Of a stretch of 64,000 bases of DNA, positions 1 through 16,870 are shown piece after piece. How positions within the stretch are numbered: position 1 is the stretch's first letter; each line of letters begins with the position of its first letter. This stretch comes from the human T2T-CHM13v2.0 reference genome, Homo sapiens. Location: the NCBI RefSeq assembly GCF_009914755.1, contig NC_060943.1, one strand, 5' to 3'. Under the pieces are notes generated by a model. It worked only from the letters and a program-made list of their open reading frames with translations, was not told where the DNA came from and ran no database searches. The translations under genes and the position numbers were made by a program.

Positions 1-71
1 CAGCATAACTCCATTCTTCACACAGCCTTGTCCCTGTGTACATGTCTCTCTCTGTCCATGTTTTTCCTTTC

Positions 72-897
72 TGAAATGCAAATTAAAACCACAACACCAC
101 CTTACCCCAGCCAGGATGGCCATTATTAAAAAGTCAAAAAACAATAGATTGGCGTGGATGTGGTGAAAAGGGAATGCTTATACACTGCTGCTGGGAATAT
201 AAATTAGTACAACTTCTTTGGAAAACAGTATTGAGGTTTCTCAAAGAACTAAAAGTAGATCTCCCATTTGATCCAGCAATCTCACTACTTGGTGTCAACG
301 CAAAGGAAAATAAGTATTTATATCAAAAAGACACCTGCACGTGTATGTTTATTGCAGCACGATTCACAATTGCAAATATATGCAGTCAACCTAAGTGCCC
401 ATCAACCAATGAATAAGGAAAGTGCCCATCAACCCATAGATAAAGAAAATGTGATACACACACATATAATATATATGTATATCACATTTATACACATACA
501 CACATACATACACACACATACCATGGAATACTACTCAGCCATAAAAAATAATGAAATAATGTCTTTTACAGCAACTTAGATGGAACTAGAGGCCATTATC
601 ATAAGTTAAGTAACTCAGGAATGGAAAACCAAATGCTGTGTGTTCTCACTTATGAGTGGGAGCTAAGCGATGGATATACAGAGGCATACTGAGTGTTATA
701 ATAGACTTTGGAAACTCAGAAGCGGGCAAGGTGGCAGGGGGGTGAGGGGTGAAAAACTACATATTGGGTACAATGTACACTATTCAGGTGATGGGTGCAC
801 TAAAATCCCAGACTTTACCACTGTACATTTCATCCCTGTAACCAAAAATTACCTGTACCCCTAAAGCTATTGAGATTTTAAAAATTGAAAAACAAAT
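72..897 (+). mobile_element. L1 3' end (L1PB-like), inserted in a MaLR (MLT1-like) LTR spanning ~1-70 and ~895-1062
   Basis: ORF 174..416 resembles the L1 ORF2 C-terminus ([37 protein letters not shown]). Typical L1PB 3'UTR GGGTACAATGTACAC...GTAACCAAAAA..CTGTACCCCTAAAGCTATTG. Flanks carry MLT1 motifs (ATAAGGACACCAGTC, TTTCCAAATAAGGTCA). Confidence 0.8.
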
Positions 898-1884
898 TTC
901 CCTTTTCTATAAGGACACCAGTCCTGTTGGATTAGGGCCCCCTACCCCCACTCCAGGATGACCTCATTTTAACTGATTTCATCTGCAGCAGCCCTGTTTC
1001 CAAATAAGGTCATGTTCTTGAGACCTTGAAGGTTGGGACATCAGCATATGAATTGGAGGGGCTCATAATTCAACCCATACCAACCACTTAGAGTAGTACC
1101 TGGCACATAGCAGCTGCTGCATAATGACTGGTGTTGCCTACCTCATCATCACCATCCACACTGCTCCGCCAGGTTCTTTCAGTCCACAGGCTTGTGACAT
1201 CTACCACAAAGTGCTGCTCCTTCCACGTGGACTTCTCTCCACTCCCCAGCAGTCTCATCTGCCTTTTCACCTTCGGGTCTTGATCCAAGCTCTCTTCCCT
1301 ACCCAGAATCTCCCACTAAAGACCCAACCACCAGTTCTCTTCACAGACTACTCAAAGTCTTCCTGGGCACCCCCCACAGCTGGCATTACTCAGGCACCTG
1401 GAGACCTTTGTTCATACCTTCATGATTGATTGCGTTTACCAAATTACGTGTCTTTGTCTGCCTCTGCCATGAGGAACTAGTTCTTGAACATTTTGTGTCT
1501 GTATCCCAGCACTGGGCTTGCTGCCTGGTGCTTAGTAGGGGCTCAGAAAAGTTAGCTGTGCCCCTGGATTCCATCTGGGGCTCTGCCTCTGCTGTGCTCC
1601 TAATGCATTTGTTGATTCACTGGGTTAGACTCACTTTGCCTTCAGTTCCTTTCCATCTGGTTCTCAGATCTGTGACCTTCTGTTCCAGAATGTTTCATAT
1701 GGGATTTATTTCTCTATCAGAGTGCCAACCCAATATAACTAGACACAGAGAAAACTGTGAGTGATCCCTTTAGAACTCTGCATCTTATTGAAATCACTTC
1801 AGCTACATCCCATCTGCCTCCCCTAAATCCTCTTGGCTTTTCTGGCCATTCCTCCACGCCTCTGTAAGGAGGGCCCTGCGATGA

Positions 1885-2052
<168 letters not shown>

Positions 2053-2807
2053 TGAGTTACTCATCATTGGCCCATAACTTCAGGACCACAAATAAATTAA
2101 AAAAAAAAAAGATCAACAGATCTGACTACATGGAAAGTTTTAAAATTTGCTCTACTTGAAGCTAAAAATAAAGTTGATCACGATGGTATGGGAAATAATA
2201 TTTCTCACGTGTTTTACATTCAAAGGGTCATAATTATGTAAGCAGCTCCTGGGAATAAGAAAAAGACTAAGCGAATAATAGAATGGACCAAACTTATGAG
2301 CTGGTGATTCATAGATTTAGAAATACACAAAGTTAACACTTTATAAAAGTTTTTTAAACCTTACTACTGGAGACACACAAATTGAGGTACTAGCAGTTTT
2401 TGCCCATGAAGTGCACAAAGATGAAAAAAGAATAATAGCCCATATTATGAGGCTGTAGAGGAAAGGACTCTCATTTTAGGAGTATAAAGTTGGGACAGCT
2501 CTTTTGGAGGATAGCTTGGCCTTATCAGTCAAATATTGAAGGATTCCATTTTTAGAGATCTGTCCTTTAGAAATTCTCATGTAAGTATGCAAAGTTTTCC
2601 ATGGGAAGAAAAATCAAGGAAAACGACCTAAATGCCCAGCTGTCTAAGACTGACTGAACGTATCAAGGCCTATCGATATGTTGGAAACCAGGCAGCTCTT
2701 CAAAGCTGAGGACTGTTTGTAGGCACTGCCATGAAAAGATGTCCCACAACATACTGTTAGGTTAAAACACTCACTTTTGTAATCAGAGCGTGGTCCTATT
2801 TCTTTAA

Positions 2808-4505
2808 CAGCTTTTCTGGAGGTATTATTGACCTGTAATTAACCACGCATATATAAAGTGAAGAGTTTGATGCATTTTGACATAGTGCATACCCAGGAAA
2901 CCATCACCATGATCAAGATAAAGGACATATCTATCATCCCCAAGAGATTCCTCATCCTCCTTTATTACCCCTCTCTCCCCTTCCTCAACCCCCATCCCCA
3001 GGGATCCCCTGGTCTGCTTTATGTCACTGTGGTTGAGTTTACCTGCTCTCCAGTTTTATATACATGGAATCATACAGTATGTACCCTTTTTTTTTTGGTC
3101 TGGCTTTTTTTGGTTTGACTTGGCATTATTTTGAGATTCACCCATGTCATTGCATGTCTCATAGTTCATTTATTTTTATCTCTGTGTATTATTCCACTGT
3201 ATGTGTATGCCACAATTTGTTCAGCCATTCGCCTGGTGATCAACATTTGGGTCATTTCCAGTTCTGGGCTATTACAAATAAAGCTGCTGTGAACATTTGT
3301 GAACAGTTCTTTGTGTAGACATTTGCTTTTCCTTCTGTTGAGTGGAAAGTCTGGATCATGTGCTACATGTATATTTAACTTGTTTAAGAAACTGCCAACC
3401 TGTTTTCCAAAGTGATTGTACTATTTCACATTTCCACCAGCAGCGCACAAGCTTCATTCTAATTGCTTTATCTTTTAAATTTAGCCTCCCTTGTAGGTGT
3501 GTGGTCTCATCACTGTGCTTTTCATTTGATACTGACACTTGTAGGTGTGTGGTCTCATCACTGCGCTTTTCATTTGATACTGATAATCTTTTCCTGCGCT
3601 TATTTGATGTTTGTATATTCTCTTTGGTAAAGTATCTGTTCAAGTCTTTTCCTGTTTTTTTTTTTTTTTTCTGTTGGGTTATTATTGAATTTTGAAAGTT
3701 CACTATGTATTCTTTAACTATCTAGAAGTCCAATGCGCTATCCATTGCGTCACAGAGCCAGACCACTATGTATTCTTGATACAAGATTTTCTTTAGATAT
3801 ATGCCGTGCAAATATTACCTCCCATTCTGTGGATTGTGTTTTCACTTTCTTGATGGCATTATTTCTGACTCTAAAGTTTTTAATTTTGATGTAGTGCGAT
3901 GTATCTATTTTTTGTTGTTCTCGTTGCCTGTATTTTTGGTGGTATATCTAAACAATCTAACTCAAAGCCATGAAGATTTATTCCTGTGTTTTATTCTAAG
4001 GTTTTAGTGGTTTAGCTCTTCACTGAGGTCTTTGATCCATTTTGAATTAATTTTTGTGAGTGATGTAAGAACGGGGCTCAACATCATTCCTTTGCATGTG
4101 AATATCCAGGTGCCCCAGTGCAATTTGTTGAAGAGCAAAAGTTTTTAATTCAATGAAGTCCAGTTTATCAATTTTTTTGGTTTTGGTGTCATTTGTAAGA
4201 AATCTTGGCCTATCCCAAGGCCTCAGAGGTTTTCTTCTGTAAGTTATATAGTTTTAGGTTTTACATTTTGTTCTTTGATCCATTTAGAGTTGAATTCTTA
4301 ATATGATGTAAAGTATTAATCCAAGTTTATTGGGGTATGTTGGGGGGACAAATGTATGTCCAGTTGTCCAACACCATTTGTTGAAAAGACCACTTTCTCC
4401 AATCGCCTTTGCATTTTTATCAAAAATCACTTGTCCATACAAGTGTGGGTCCAATTCTGAATCCTGTTCTGTCCATCTGTTTGTGTGCCTTTGCACCAAT
4501 ACCAA
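2808..4505 (-). mobile_element. Ancient L1 (L1M-type) 3' portion, antisense, fragmented
   Basis: Minus-strand ORFs resemble L1 ORF2 C-terminal pieces (GKDLNRYFTKENIQ, CWWKCEIVQSLWKT, LYGQVIFDKNAKAI..LFNKWCW). Confidence 0.8.
3715..3763 (-). pseudogene. Tailless retroposed 5' half of intron-containing pre-tRNA-Arg(TCT)
   Basis: The reverse complement reads GTCT-GGCTCTGTGACGCAATGGATAGCGCATTGGACTTCTA-GATAGTTA, i.e. tRNA nt 1-37 with anticodon TCT followed by intron-like sequence. Flanked by a perfect 14-bp direct repeat CACTATGTATTCTT (3701-3714 and 3764-3777). Confidence 0.9.
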
Positions 4506-5176
4506 GCAATGTCATCCTTTCAGATCTTGCTTTTATGACTTGTGCCCAGTCTAGAATGACATTCTCCTCAAGATCATTCTGGGTTTTCTGCCCAAAGCCC
4601 CATGAATGACAAGGTTTTACAGTCTGATTGGTAGGAAAAGGCACTGTTCCCAGCCCTGTGTCAGCTCCGGTCACTGTTTTCAAATCCTTTCAGATGTTTT
4701 TTTCCTGTGTTGGGTAGTTTCCTGACATGCACGTTTTGACCAATAGTCTGCTAAATACTGGAGGGAGTTCCTTGCAGGTCTTCAGAACACTGTGCAGCTC
4801 ATTCCTCTCTCATCTGTCCTGGGAACTCTATCTGCCTTGGTCTCTCAGCTCTGTCTCCTCAACTTGGGGAGTTGGCCAGACTGTACCTCAATTTACCTTT
4901 CCTTTGTCAGAGCCTGGAAACTTCCCAGGCAGTTAGCTGGGGCAGTTGTAGGACCCACCTTGTTTGATTTTCTTCTCTCAGGGATTTTGCCCTTCATTGC
5001 CTGATATTCAATGTCTTCACAACCATTGTTTTATATATTTTGTTTTAGGCTCAAGGGAATCTTATCCTTTATACTCTGTCTTGGACAAAAGCCCCATTTG
5101 GGGGAAAAATGTGTGTGTGCATGTACAGGCGTTGGAGGGGAGTCTAAAATATAAACCAAACTGTTAACTCTGGTGA

Positions 5177-5484
<308 letters not shown>

Positions 5485-7224
5485 ACTTCCATTTTCTCCA
5501 TTACTGTTTTGGTGTTTGATGTTTTAAAAACAAGTGTGAATTACTTTCTAATCAGAAACAAGCATAGAAAGACAGAAAACTGAAAAAGTGTGAAGGACGA
5601 GATTTAGCAATGTGAAAAAAGAATGCACCTACATTTGTATCAAAAGGAATGAATAGCGTTTTGCACATTAACGGCTTTTGGCGAAAGTGCCCTCTGCAGA
5701 AGCTTCGGATGTCTCCCATGACAGTGGCCATGCCGTCAGACTTCCTGCTCTTTTGCTGACCTGACTAGAGAAAAGGTGTGATCGGGTAGTTTTAATCTGG
5801 GTGGTGTGGAACTGTGTTTTCACAGCTGTCGTGGTTAAGGGCTGAGTGTTTGCTGTTTGCAGATGATCTCTACTGCAGGGTTTTAGCCTGAGAAAGGGAG
5901 GTGGCTTCCTCCCCTCTGTCCCTCTGCTGGTATGCTGCCCCCAGCTCTCCTGATTTCTCCAGGTCATGTTCACTCCAGGAGACTTCCAGCTGTATTCACA
6001 ACCAAGACTCCTGGTCCTCTCCGATAGCTGCCAGCTCATATTCCAGAGCATCTCAGACTCCATCAGCCCCAGACAAAATTCACCATCACCCCTGGAGACA
6101 GTCTTCTCTCCACCGAGTCTACACCCCACACTACCATCTGTGCCAGCATCTGGGCATTGTGCCACACCCTGACTAGGGTCTCTAAACCACAATCATTCTC
6201 CTGCATGAAGTATTTCTCAGTTCTTTTCCTCTGAGATGGGAAAAGTGATGCATGGTAATATAGCCACTCCTCAGGAGCCACAGCTCGGGGGCCACACTGC
6301 CAGGGCTTGAATCCTGCTGTGCCTCAGGTGTATTGTGCCCTCGAGTACATCTCTGACTCCATTCTTGTATCTCCGTTTCCTCATCAGCAAAATGAGGATG
6401 GTCATAACTATCTACTACTGTATGTAACTCAAGTATGATTGTGAGGGTCTCCAGAGATCCGTGCAAATTGTTCAGCACTGTGCCAGGCGTGTTGCCAGTG
6501 CTCCATACTCGCTTATCTGGTACCTTCTGTGTGCAGGCTGTGTGAGGAGCTGGGGGGTGAGCAAGGCCCTTGCCTCTAGTGGAGCTGACTCCTGCTGGGG
6601 GCCGATAATAATCAGATCAAGGGACAGGCAGAGAAAAATTGCCACAGGTCACTGAGTGTTCATAAAGAAGTGGGCAGGAGGACCTTCCTTCCTTACGTAG
6701 GGTGGATTGGGAAGGCTCCCGTGGGGTTGTGGGGAAACAGGCCTGAAGGATAAGGACGCCCACGGCAGGTCCACAGGACAGTGGATGCAGAGGCCCTGAG
6801 GCAGGAAGAACACACGGACAAGAGGGAGAGCATGGTGATGAGAAACTGGGAGGGAGGGTGGGCAGGGGACGACTCAGGCAGGCCTGCTGGGTGCTGAGGG
6901 CCCTGAGGCTGCTGGAGGTCCTGGCATCATTCTCAGTACCGTAGGGAGGTCACGGGAGGGTTGATCTGACTCCTCAGAAGACCGCACTCCCGGAGGAGTG
7001 GAGGACGCATTGCAGGGGTGAGAATGGGGTGGGGAGGACAGAGAGGAGCTGCTGTCGCATTTCAGGCAAGGACCCGTGGTGGCCAGCCGGCTTTTTGTCA
7101 GTGGGGACCGGGAGATTTGGTCTGATTCAGGCTGTTTGCGCACAGCAATGCTTGCCAGCAGTCAGGACGGTGGGAGGGAAAGGGCAAGTCAGGATGTCTG
7201 CTAAGTCTCTCTAAAACAATTTTT

Positions 7225-7540
7225 TAAATTTTATATTTAAAACTGTGAAAAATATATAGAGAACATAAAATGTACCATTTTAACCACTTTTAGGAGTACA
7301 GTTCAGTGGCCTTAAGGACATTGATGTTGTTGTGAAGCCATCACCGCCATCCATCCCCACAGCTCTTTTCATCTCCCGCAAATGAAACCCTATCCCCATT
7401 AAACACCAACTCCCACCCACTCCTCAGCCCCCGGCATCCTCTGTTCTACCGTCTGTCTCTGGGAATCCGACCTCCAGATACCACAGATGAGTGGAATCAC
7501 ATGGCATCCATCCTTTCATGTCTGATTTATTTTACTAAGT
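7225..7540 (-). mobile_element. L1MB-like 3' end
   Basis: AACATAAAATGTACCATTTTAACCACTTTTAGGAGTACAGTTCAGTGG... is a typical antisense L1MB 3'UTR. Confidence 0.65.
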
Positions 7541-8599
7541 CTCTTTGATGGGCTTTGCTTTTTTAAAAAATGTTTTTCATGGGGAAAGTCTGAAATCCCA
7601 AGTTTCGTATCGGATGTGTTAGGCTTGGGCTATCCAGTTGAGATGCTGGGCTTTTTTGAACAGTTTGGACATAGCCCAGAAAGCAGGTCTGGGCTGAAGG
7701 TGTATGTTTGAGCAGCATCAGCCTGTGGATAACGTTTAGATCCAGACTCACTTTGTGTGGCTTTGAAGGTCCAGTGTGATTCAGGAGAGTGGTCTCAAAC
7801 TCAGGTGGCCTCAGGAACTACCAGGTGGATCATTTATGTGGAGGAGGGGGACAGCTGCTGCCCCATGCAATGTCTTGTTGCCCATAAGAATGAGGCTCCA
7901 CGTGGCCATATCTTCATGTTTTTTATGAGCTAGCAGCCACATGGACAGCAACTTTTAAATGCTGGGAATGAGTCCCCTGATGCAGAGTCTAGACTCCACC
8001 TAGGCTAGAAATCGAGGTTTAGAAATGAACAGGATACACGTGGAAGGTGATTGAAGCTGTGGGCACAGAGGTATTTAGCCAGGGAGGGTGGATGAGCAGA
8101 GAAAGAGGGTCTGAACCCAAGCTCCACGGAATGCCTGCCACCCAAGAACTAGGCAGCGTGTGATGTAGCAACAGAAGCAATTGTGAGACCCCAAGTCATG
8201 TGATTATTGTGGGCTCAAGTGAGCGGTCCTGTGTGTATGAACACTTAGTGCTGAGGCTGATGAGAGGGCTGGGGTGCGGGAGGGCTGGGGCCAGCCAGGG
8301 CAGGTGCGTGATGAGCTAGCGGGAGCCGGAGCCCCAGCCAGGGGAGAGGATCTTGCAGCCAGCAACCCTGGGGCAGCCATACCAGAGAAGTGGCAAAGGG
8401 GCAGGAGAAATGCCCGATTTTTCTCTCATTTCACTTCCAGTTTCCTGCCTTTGGCCAAACACACAGGAAGCCAGTGGGCAAAGTCAGCATCCTGAGCACA
8501 GGGCAGGTCAGAGAAGGGTGGAGAATAGAAAGTGGGTCGAAGGAGTAGAGAATAACCAACACATGCCATATAAATGCTAGCTATTTATTATTTCTTTAT

Positions 8600-8924
8600 T
8601 CTTTTTCTTCTTTTTTCAATATTTATTTATTTATTTATTTTTTAAGAGACAGGGTCTCACCCTGTCACCCATGCTGGAGTGCAGTGACGTGATCATAGCT
8701 CACTGCAACCTCGAATTCCTGGGCTCAAGTGATCCTCCCACCTCAGCCTCTCAAGTAGCTGGGACAATAGGCATGTGCCACCATGCCTGGCTAATTTTTA
8801 AAAAAAAATTTAGTAGAGGCGGGGGTGGGGGGTCTCACTATGTTGCCCAGGCTGGTCTCAAGCAATCCTTGCCTCAGCCTCCCAAAGTGTTGGGATTACA
8901 GGCATGAGCCACTGTGCCTGGCCA
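8600..8924 (-). mobile_element. AluJ
   Basis: Antisense Alu with AluJ-type GCTCAAGTGATCCTCCCACC. Confidence 0.85.
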
Positions 8925-9173
8925 TCTTATTATTTCTGATAAAAACTGTTGCTTGAGGAGCACGACTGGTTGTGGATCTGCAGGATGAAGTGAGGAGGCC
9001 CTGCAAGTCAGTAGCCGGCTGCAGTCATTCCTACTCAGGTTTGCAGAGCCTGCCCTTTGCTCCCTGCAAGCCCAGCTCACTACTGCAGTTTCTCTCCAGG
9101 AGTGCCTGTCATCCCTCTTCTGAAGGGACATTTGCTCTCCCTGTTCACCTCCTGTGTTGACTCTGCTTCATAA

Positions 9174-10853
<1,680 letters not shown>

Positions 10854-11504
10854 GCGCCTCTGTGCAGGGCTCTCACTGGCGGTGCCCAGGACGGACGCCA
10901 GATGGCTGCGCGCTTTGTCAGCAGTGCTGTGAGAAGTTCTCCCCTGGGGTGGGGACTCGGGGTCAGGGGAGCTCAGGAATGTGGGGTTGTGGAGGGGCTG
11001 GCTGATCACACATGCCCCCTCCTTACTGAGCCTCAGAAAGCAAGCCCCTCGGTGTCTGACGTATCTGGGGACACTTCAAGGTTCACTGTAGCTGAGCCAT
11101 GGCCGCTGGTAACAGACATCAGGGTTCCAGACTAGCCCTCTTGAGTAACTGTCCTAGAGCTGGGACAGGTCACGCCTGCCTCCACATCTCTGTTTCTTCA
11201 GCGGGAAAGTGGAGCTGGTGGAGGGGAGGGAGGAGACATCTCCCTCTTTGTCAGATACATCCTGGAGTCCAGATGCAGCTTGTCACCATCTGCATTTTCT
11301 CCGTGGGTTGGGAGCGTGAGGGCCTTCCTATCCCTCCACCCACCGTTTCCCTGCAGTGCACGCTGGCAGCCACCAAGCTAGGAAGTGGCAGGAGTTTGCC
11401 GGTTGTTTGTGAGGGGAAAAATTTTTTTTTCAGAGTTAGCAAATAACAGTAACTACTGCTTTGAATGCCAAAGTTTCTTAGAGTGGTCTGTTACGTTTTT
11501 TAAA

Positions 11505-12561
11505 AATAAAACTTTTAATTAAGGGAGACTATGTTATTTTAAACAGTCTTCTGTTTTGGCCAGTTGTCTGGTCAAAATCGGCTTCAGTGATTGTGGGAGG
11601 GGCAAGAAGGAAAAGAAACAGCAGCAGGTTTGATATTCAGAAAGAAATATGCATGGATTCAATAAGTATATACATCTGAGCACAGATTATTTTTATAGTG
11701 ATTTTTGCAGCTAAATGTGAAGGCAACTGTCTTAAGTCCCTTCCTGCTGCTGTAACAAAAGACCTTAGACTGGGTAATTTATAAACAATAGAAATTTGTC
11801 ACTCATGGTTCTGGATGCTGGGAAGTCCAAGATCAAGGCTCTGGCAGATTTGGTGTCTGATGGGGTATGTTCTTCATAGGTAGTGCTTGTGTCTTGATGT
11901 GTGTCTTCACGTGGTTGTAAACAGCAGACTTCCTCAGGCCCCTTATAAGGGTGCTAATCCCAGTCACAAGGGCCCTGACCTCATGACCTCCCAAAGGTCC
12001 TCCCTCTTCATACTGTTACATTGGGGATCAAGTTTCCAATATGTGAATACAGGGAAGCACCAACAGACCATATCAGTAACTTCGAGTGAGTTTCCTAAGG
12101 CCGACTGAAGCTCTGTTTACACATAAGAGTGTTCCCCAAAGTGCACTTTCTCTGGGGCCTTTTAGGCCATACTTTTAATTTTGTTATTTGATACTACTGG
12201 TTGCTAATGTTCTGGCATTTCCAGTTGTTCCACACTCCCTGACACTGGTGTACACAAATAAATAATACAGAAAAAAAATTATATCAGCAAGCACATTCTG
12301 CAAATAAGAAAAACAGCCACTCGGGCACGTATAAACAAGGTGGACCGTTTTTCAAATTCTGGCAGTCAAGTGGGCCTCAGGGTGGGTTTGATTCAGGCTC
12401 TCATCATTGGAGCCATAGCTGTGGTTCTCTGTGATGCTCTGGCTCTCCCTTCATACTTCTTAACATCATCCTCGGGCTGGCTTCCCACGTGGGATTGTGG
12501 TGGTTTCCAGCAGCGAGTCTTGATCAGACATTGCTTTAGTTGCATCTGTTGTGGGAATAAA
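11505..12561 (+). terminator. ZNF71: Candidate ZNF71 polyadenylation signals (AATAAA at 11505, 12257, 12556)
   Basis: Three AATAAA hexamers downstream of the stop. Which are used cannot be read from the sequence. Confidence 0.55.
11728..12075 (-). mobile_element. MaLR LTR (MST/MLT1A-like) in the ZNF71 3' region
   Basis: TGTCTTAAGTCC..GCTGCTGTAACAAAAGACCTTAGACTGGGTAATTTATAAACAATAGAAATTT..GCTGGGAAGTCCAAGATCAAGG. Confidence 0.75.
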
Positions 12562-13939
12562 TGAGAATATGTATGCACTGCAGAGAATGGAGTGTTAAAA
12601 CAGTCAACAAATGTTAGCTAATATGTACACAAGATTTTACTACTCTTTAGCAGCAAAATGGAGGGGAAGACCTTCTAAGGCCCTTTGGAGAGATGAAATG
12701 GCTCATTTAACCCTCACAAGATCCTCGAGGTAGGGATTCATGTGCATGTCGTATAGATAAGGAATCTGAGGTTCAGTGAGGCAAGGTAAGCTTCCTGAGG
12801 GCACACAACATGGAAGTGGAGGGGACAGGGTGTGAGCTGGGGTCCACCTGGGCTCCGAGGTCCGTGCTCCTTGCCTACACTGGACTACTTCTAGAGATGG
12901 ACATATTGAATTTCTCAGGACTTGACTCCTGGCCTTGGTTTCCTGGACTCCCCAGTGTGTGAAGCAGAGATGGGATCGAGGCTGCACCACCACCATCCCC
13001 CTCTCCCATCCAGAGAACCAGCCGGGCCACCTCTCAGGTCCCTCCTGTTTCTTTTCTCTGCAACCCAAGCTGATGTGGAGGGCATTGAGGCTCCTCTGGG
13101 GGGATGCTGTGGTACCAGGTGGGTCTCACATCCCTGGTCTCCCGCCTCCTGGGCAAGCTCCCCACTCAGGGCTCCACGTTTCCCCAAGAGGAACCCTGAG
13201 GCGGCTGGAATAATGGCCACATTGACGGAGTCACTTGTCCAACTCTGAGGGGGCGCTCTCATCACCCCCACTCTACAGATGGGGAAACAGGCTCGCAGAG
13301 GTTCAGGCACCTGCCCAAGGTCACACAGCTGCTGGATTCAAACCCATTCTGACTCCAGAAGCTGGACTGCAGTCCACGGCACCACTCCACCCACCAGTTC
13401 CTCAGTCAGGTACTTACTGAAGCCAAATTAAATTTACCCCCCTGAAAATGTGGGTTTGGCAGGGATCAAGCAGGTCAGGAACCTGCTTTTTAACAAGTCT
13501 TCTATCCCATACATCTGTCCAAGGCACTATTTGGGGTTATGTGCTGGCCTTCGAGTTCACCCTCACTGGGCCCTGTGTCCCTGTGTCCCTGTGTCCCCAG
13601 GCCTGACCCAAGCCTGGCCTTGAGGTAGAGGTCATGGGTGCTGGGTGGGGTCTGAATGACCCCTTTATCACTTGGAGTAAATGCCAAACTCCTCACAAAC
13701 CCCTGTGTGACGCAGCCTCTCCCAGCTCCCGTCCCGCTCCCCCTGCTCACTCTGCTTCAGCCACACTGTGCTTTCGTTCAGTCCCAGCGCTGGCCCAGCC
13801 CACTCCCACCGCAGGGGCCTCTCCCTTCCTGGCCCAGCACCCACGCTGAGCTTCCTCAGGTCCCTGATGCTCAGTTTCACGTGTCGGCCTGGCTGGGCTC
13901 CAGTGCCCAGCAGGCCCATCGCAGTGAGTCCCGGTGGTG

Positions 13940-15050
<1,111 letters not shown>

Positions 15051-16706
15051 AGGCCCTCCCTGATCGCCCTTCTTCCCCTGCTTCGTATTCCCCATCACAC
15101 GCACTGCAGTCTGTATTGATACTTGTTTTCTTTCTTTACCATCCATCTCCATCACGGGCATTCAGGTAGAGATCTGGATGTTGCTGGTTCTGCTCACTGT
15201 TGTTTTCCCCAGCACTTGGCACGGCACAGGCACAGGCACATAGTAGGTGCTCAGTAAATGTCCGTTGAATGAAAGAGTTAATGGTAGGTGCTCAATAAAT
15301 GCTTCCCGGCTGAATCACGAATAAGCAAGTGAGTTTTCTGAGGCAGCAGCCCATTCCACCCTGGACCTAACATAGTCCCTGGAGACCTGGATCTGACTTG
15401 GATTCCTCAGCCTTTTGTCCACTGCCCCTGTCTGATTTAAAATGTAGGTTTTATTCTTATTCTGAGAAGGTGAGGCCCATAGGTCAGGAGACACCAGGGA
15501 TTGAAAAGAGAGTTGCTACAGTTCCTGAGAGGCGAGGGCAGTGCCAGGCCACACAGGGAAGCCCAGGGCAGGTCAGGAGGTGGAGGGGCTGGGGGAAGAC
15601 GGGGGCAGGAGCTTCTCTGTCGCTTCCACAGCAAGGAGCAGGATTGGCTTCTCTGAGTAATTTAGCGGTTCTGGGGCACAGGGGCTGCCCTTGTTGTCTG
15701 GTTCTCAGCCCTGGATGAGGGCAGGTGCACAGAGCCCCTGAGTGTGGGAGCCCAGTTGGGGAGGTGCTGGGTGTGGGCTCTGGATTGGGTGGTTTGCTTG
15801 TGAAAGGCACGCTCTCAAGGGGATTCTTTGCCGTCTCTAGGAATCACCTGGATCTGGGAGTGACAGTCCCTCCAAGGTCGGCAAGGCTTCAAAATGTCAA
15901 AGCATCAGAAAATAAAAGGCATTGTTCATACAATCTTTGCTCTAGCCAGAGATAATCCCCTGCATTTGGCCTTAGCATGGGCAGCCGGAGAAGGCTCTGG
16001 GCCCAGATCTTGGCTGAGGGGCAGCCTCAGGAGACCCAGGCTGCAGAGGGAAGGCCCTTCTGCTCCTCCCTGCCTGGACACCATCTTATTGTAGGAATCC
16101 CAGTCAGTACCCGGGAACCCAGTGCGCCTGCCCCAGAGCATGATGAAGGGGCCTCCTGGGTGGACTGATGCCCCTGGCAGCCGCAGATTCCTGGGCTGAG
16201 AATGGTCCAACTGAGAGGCTGGGCCTCAGCTCACAGCCTCAGATATGGGGGAGAGGAGGAAGGTCTTCCTGCAGAATCCCAGCGTGGTGGCAGTTTCCAA
16301 ATTACATGAGATGAGCTAGGGATCCTCTCCAAGATCACAGACTTTTCTATGACCCCTGACAGGCCAGGCGTAGGGCCATGAACATGAGTGATTTGAGTCA
16401 AGCAGGTGCACTATCCAACACACACCTTACAGCCCTAATAATATTTTATTATACATACTATTATTTATTAATAGAAAGTTTATATTTGTAATAGAGTCTT
16501 AAATATTTATATAAAAGAGCTACATACATTAACAGGGCTTACATCATTAATATAGGGTAATACTATTCTCACTTTCAATTGAGGAAACAGGCTCAGAACA
16601 CTAATAATTAGTTCGAGATGATGGAGCTGAAAAGCCAGACTTTATATGCAATGTTTCTGATTTCTAAATGGCAAAAATTTACATATTTGTTAAGAAACGC
16701 TATTTT

Positions 16707-16870
16707 GGGTCAGGCGTGGTGATGTGTGCCTGTCCTCCCAGCCACTCTGGAGGCCAAGGTGGGAGGATTACTTGAGGCCAGAAGTTGGAGGCTGCAGTGA
16801 GCCATGATTGTACCACTGCACTCCAGTCGGGGCAGGAGAGTGAAAGGCTGTCTCAAAACAAACAAAAAAT
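16707..16870 (+). mobile_element. Alu right-arm monomer (FRAM/AluJ)
   Basis: Single Alu arm with A-rich tail. Confidence 0.75.

Noticed and set aside
3491-3583. 48-bp tandem duplication (also short ones near 393-445, 27745-27778 and 44818-44863)
   Set aside because: Ordinary slippage duplications inside old repeats, with no sign of function.
3715-3763. Functional tRNA-Arg gene
   Set aside because: It lacks the 3' exon, T-arm/B-box and terminator, and has a TSD, so it is a retroposed fragment.
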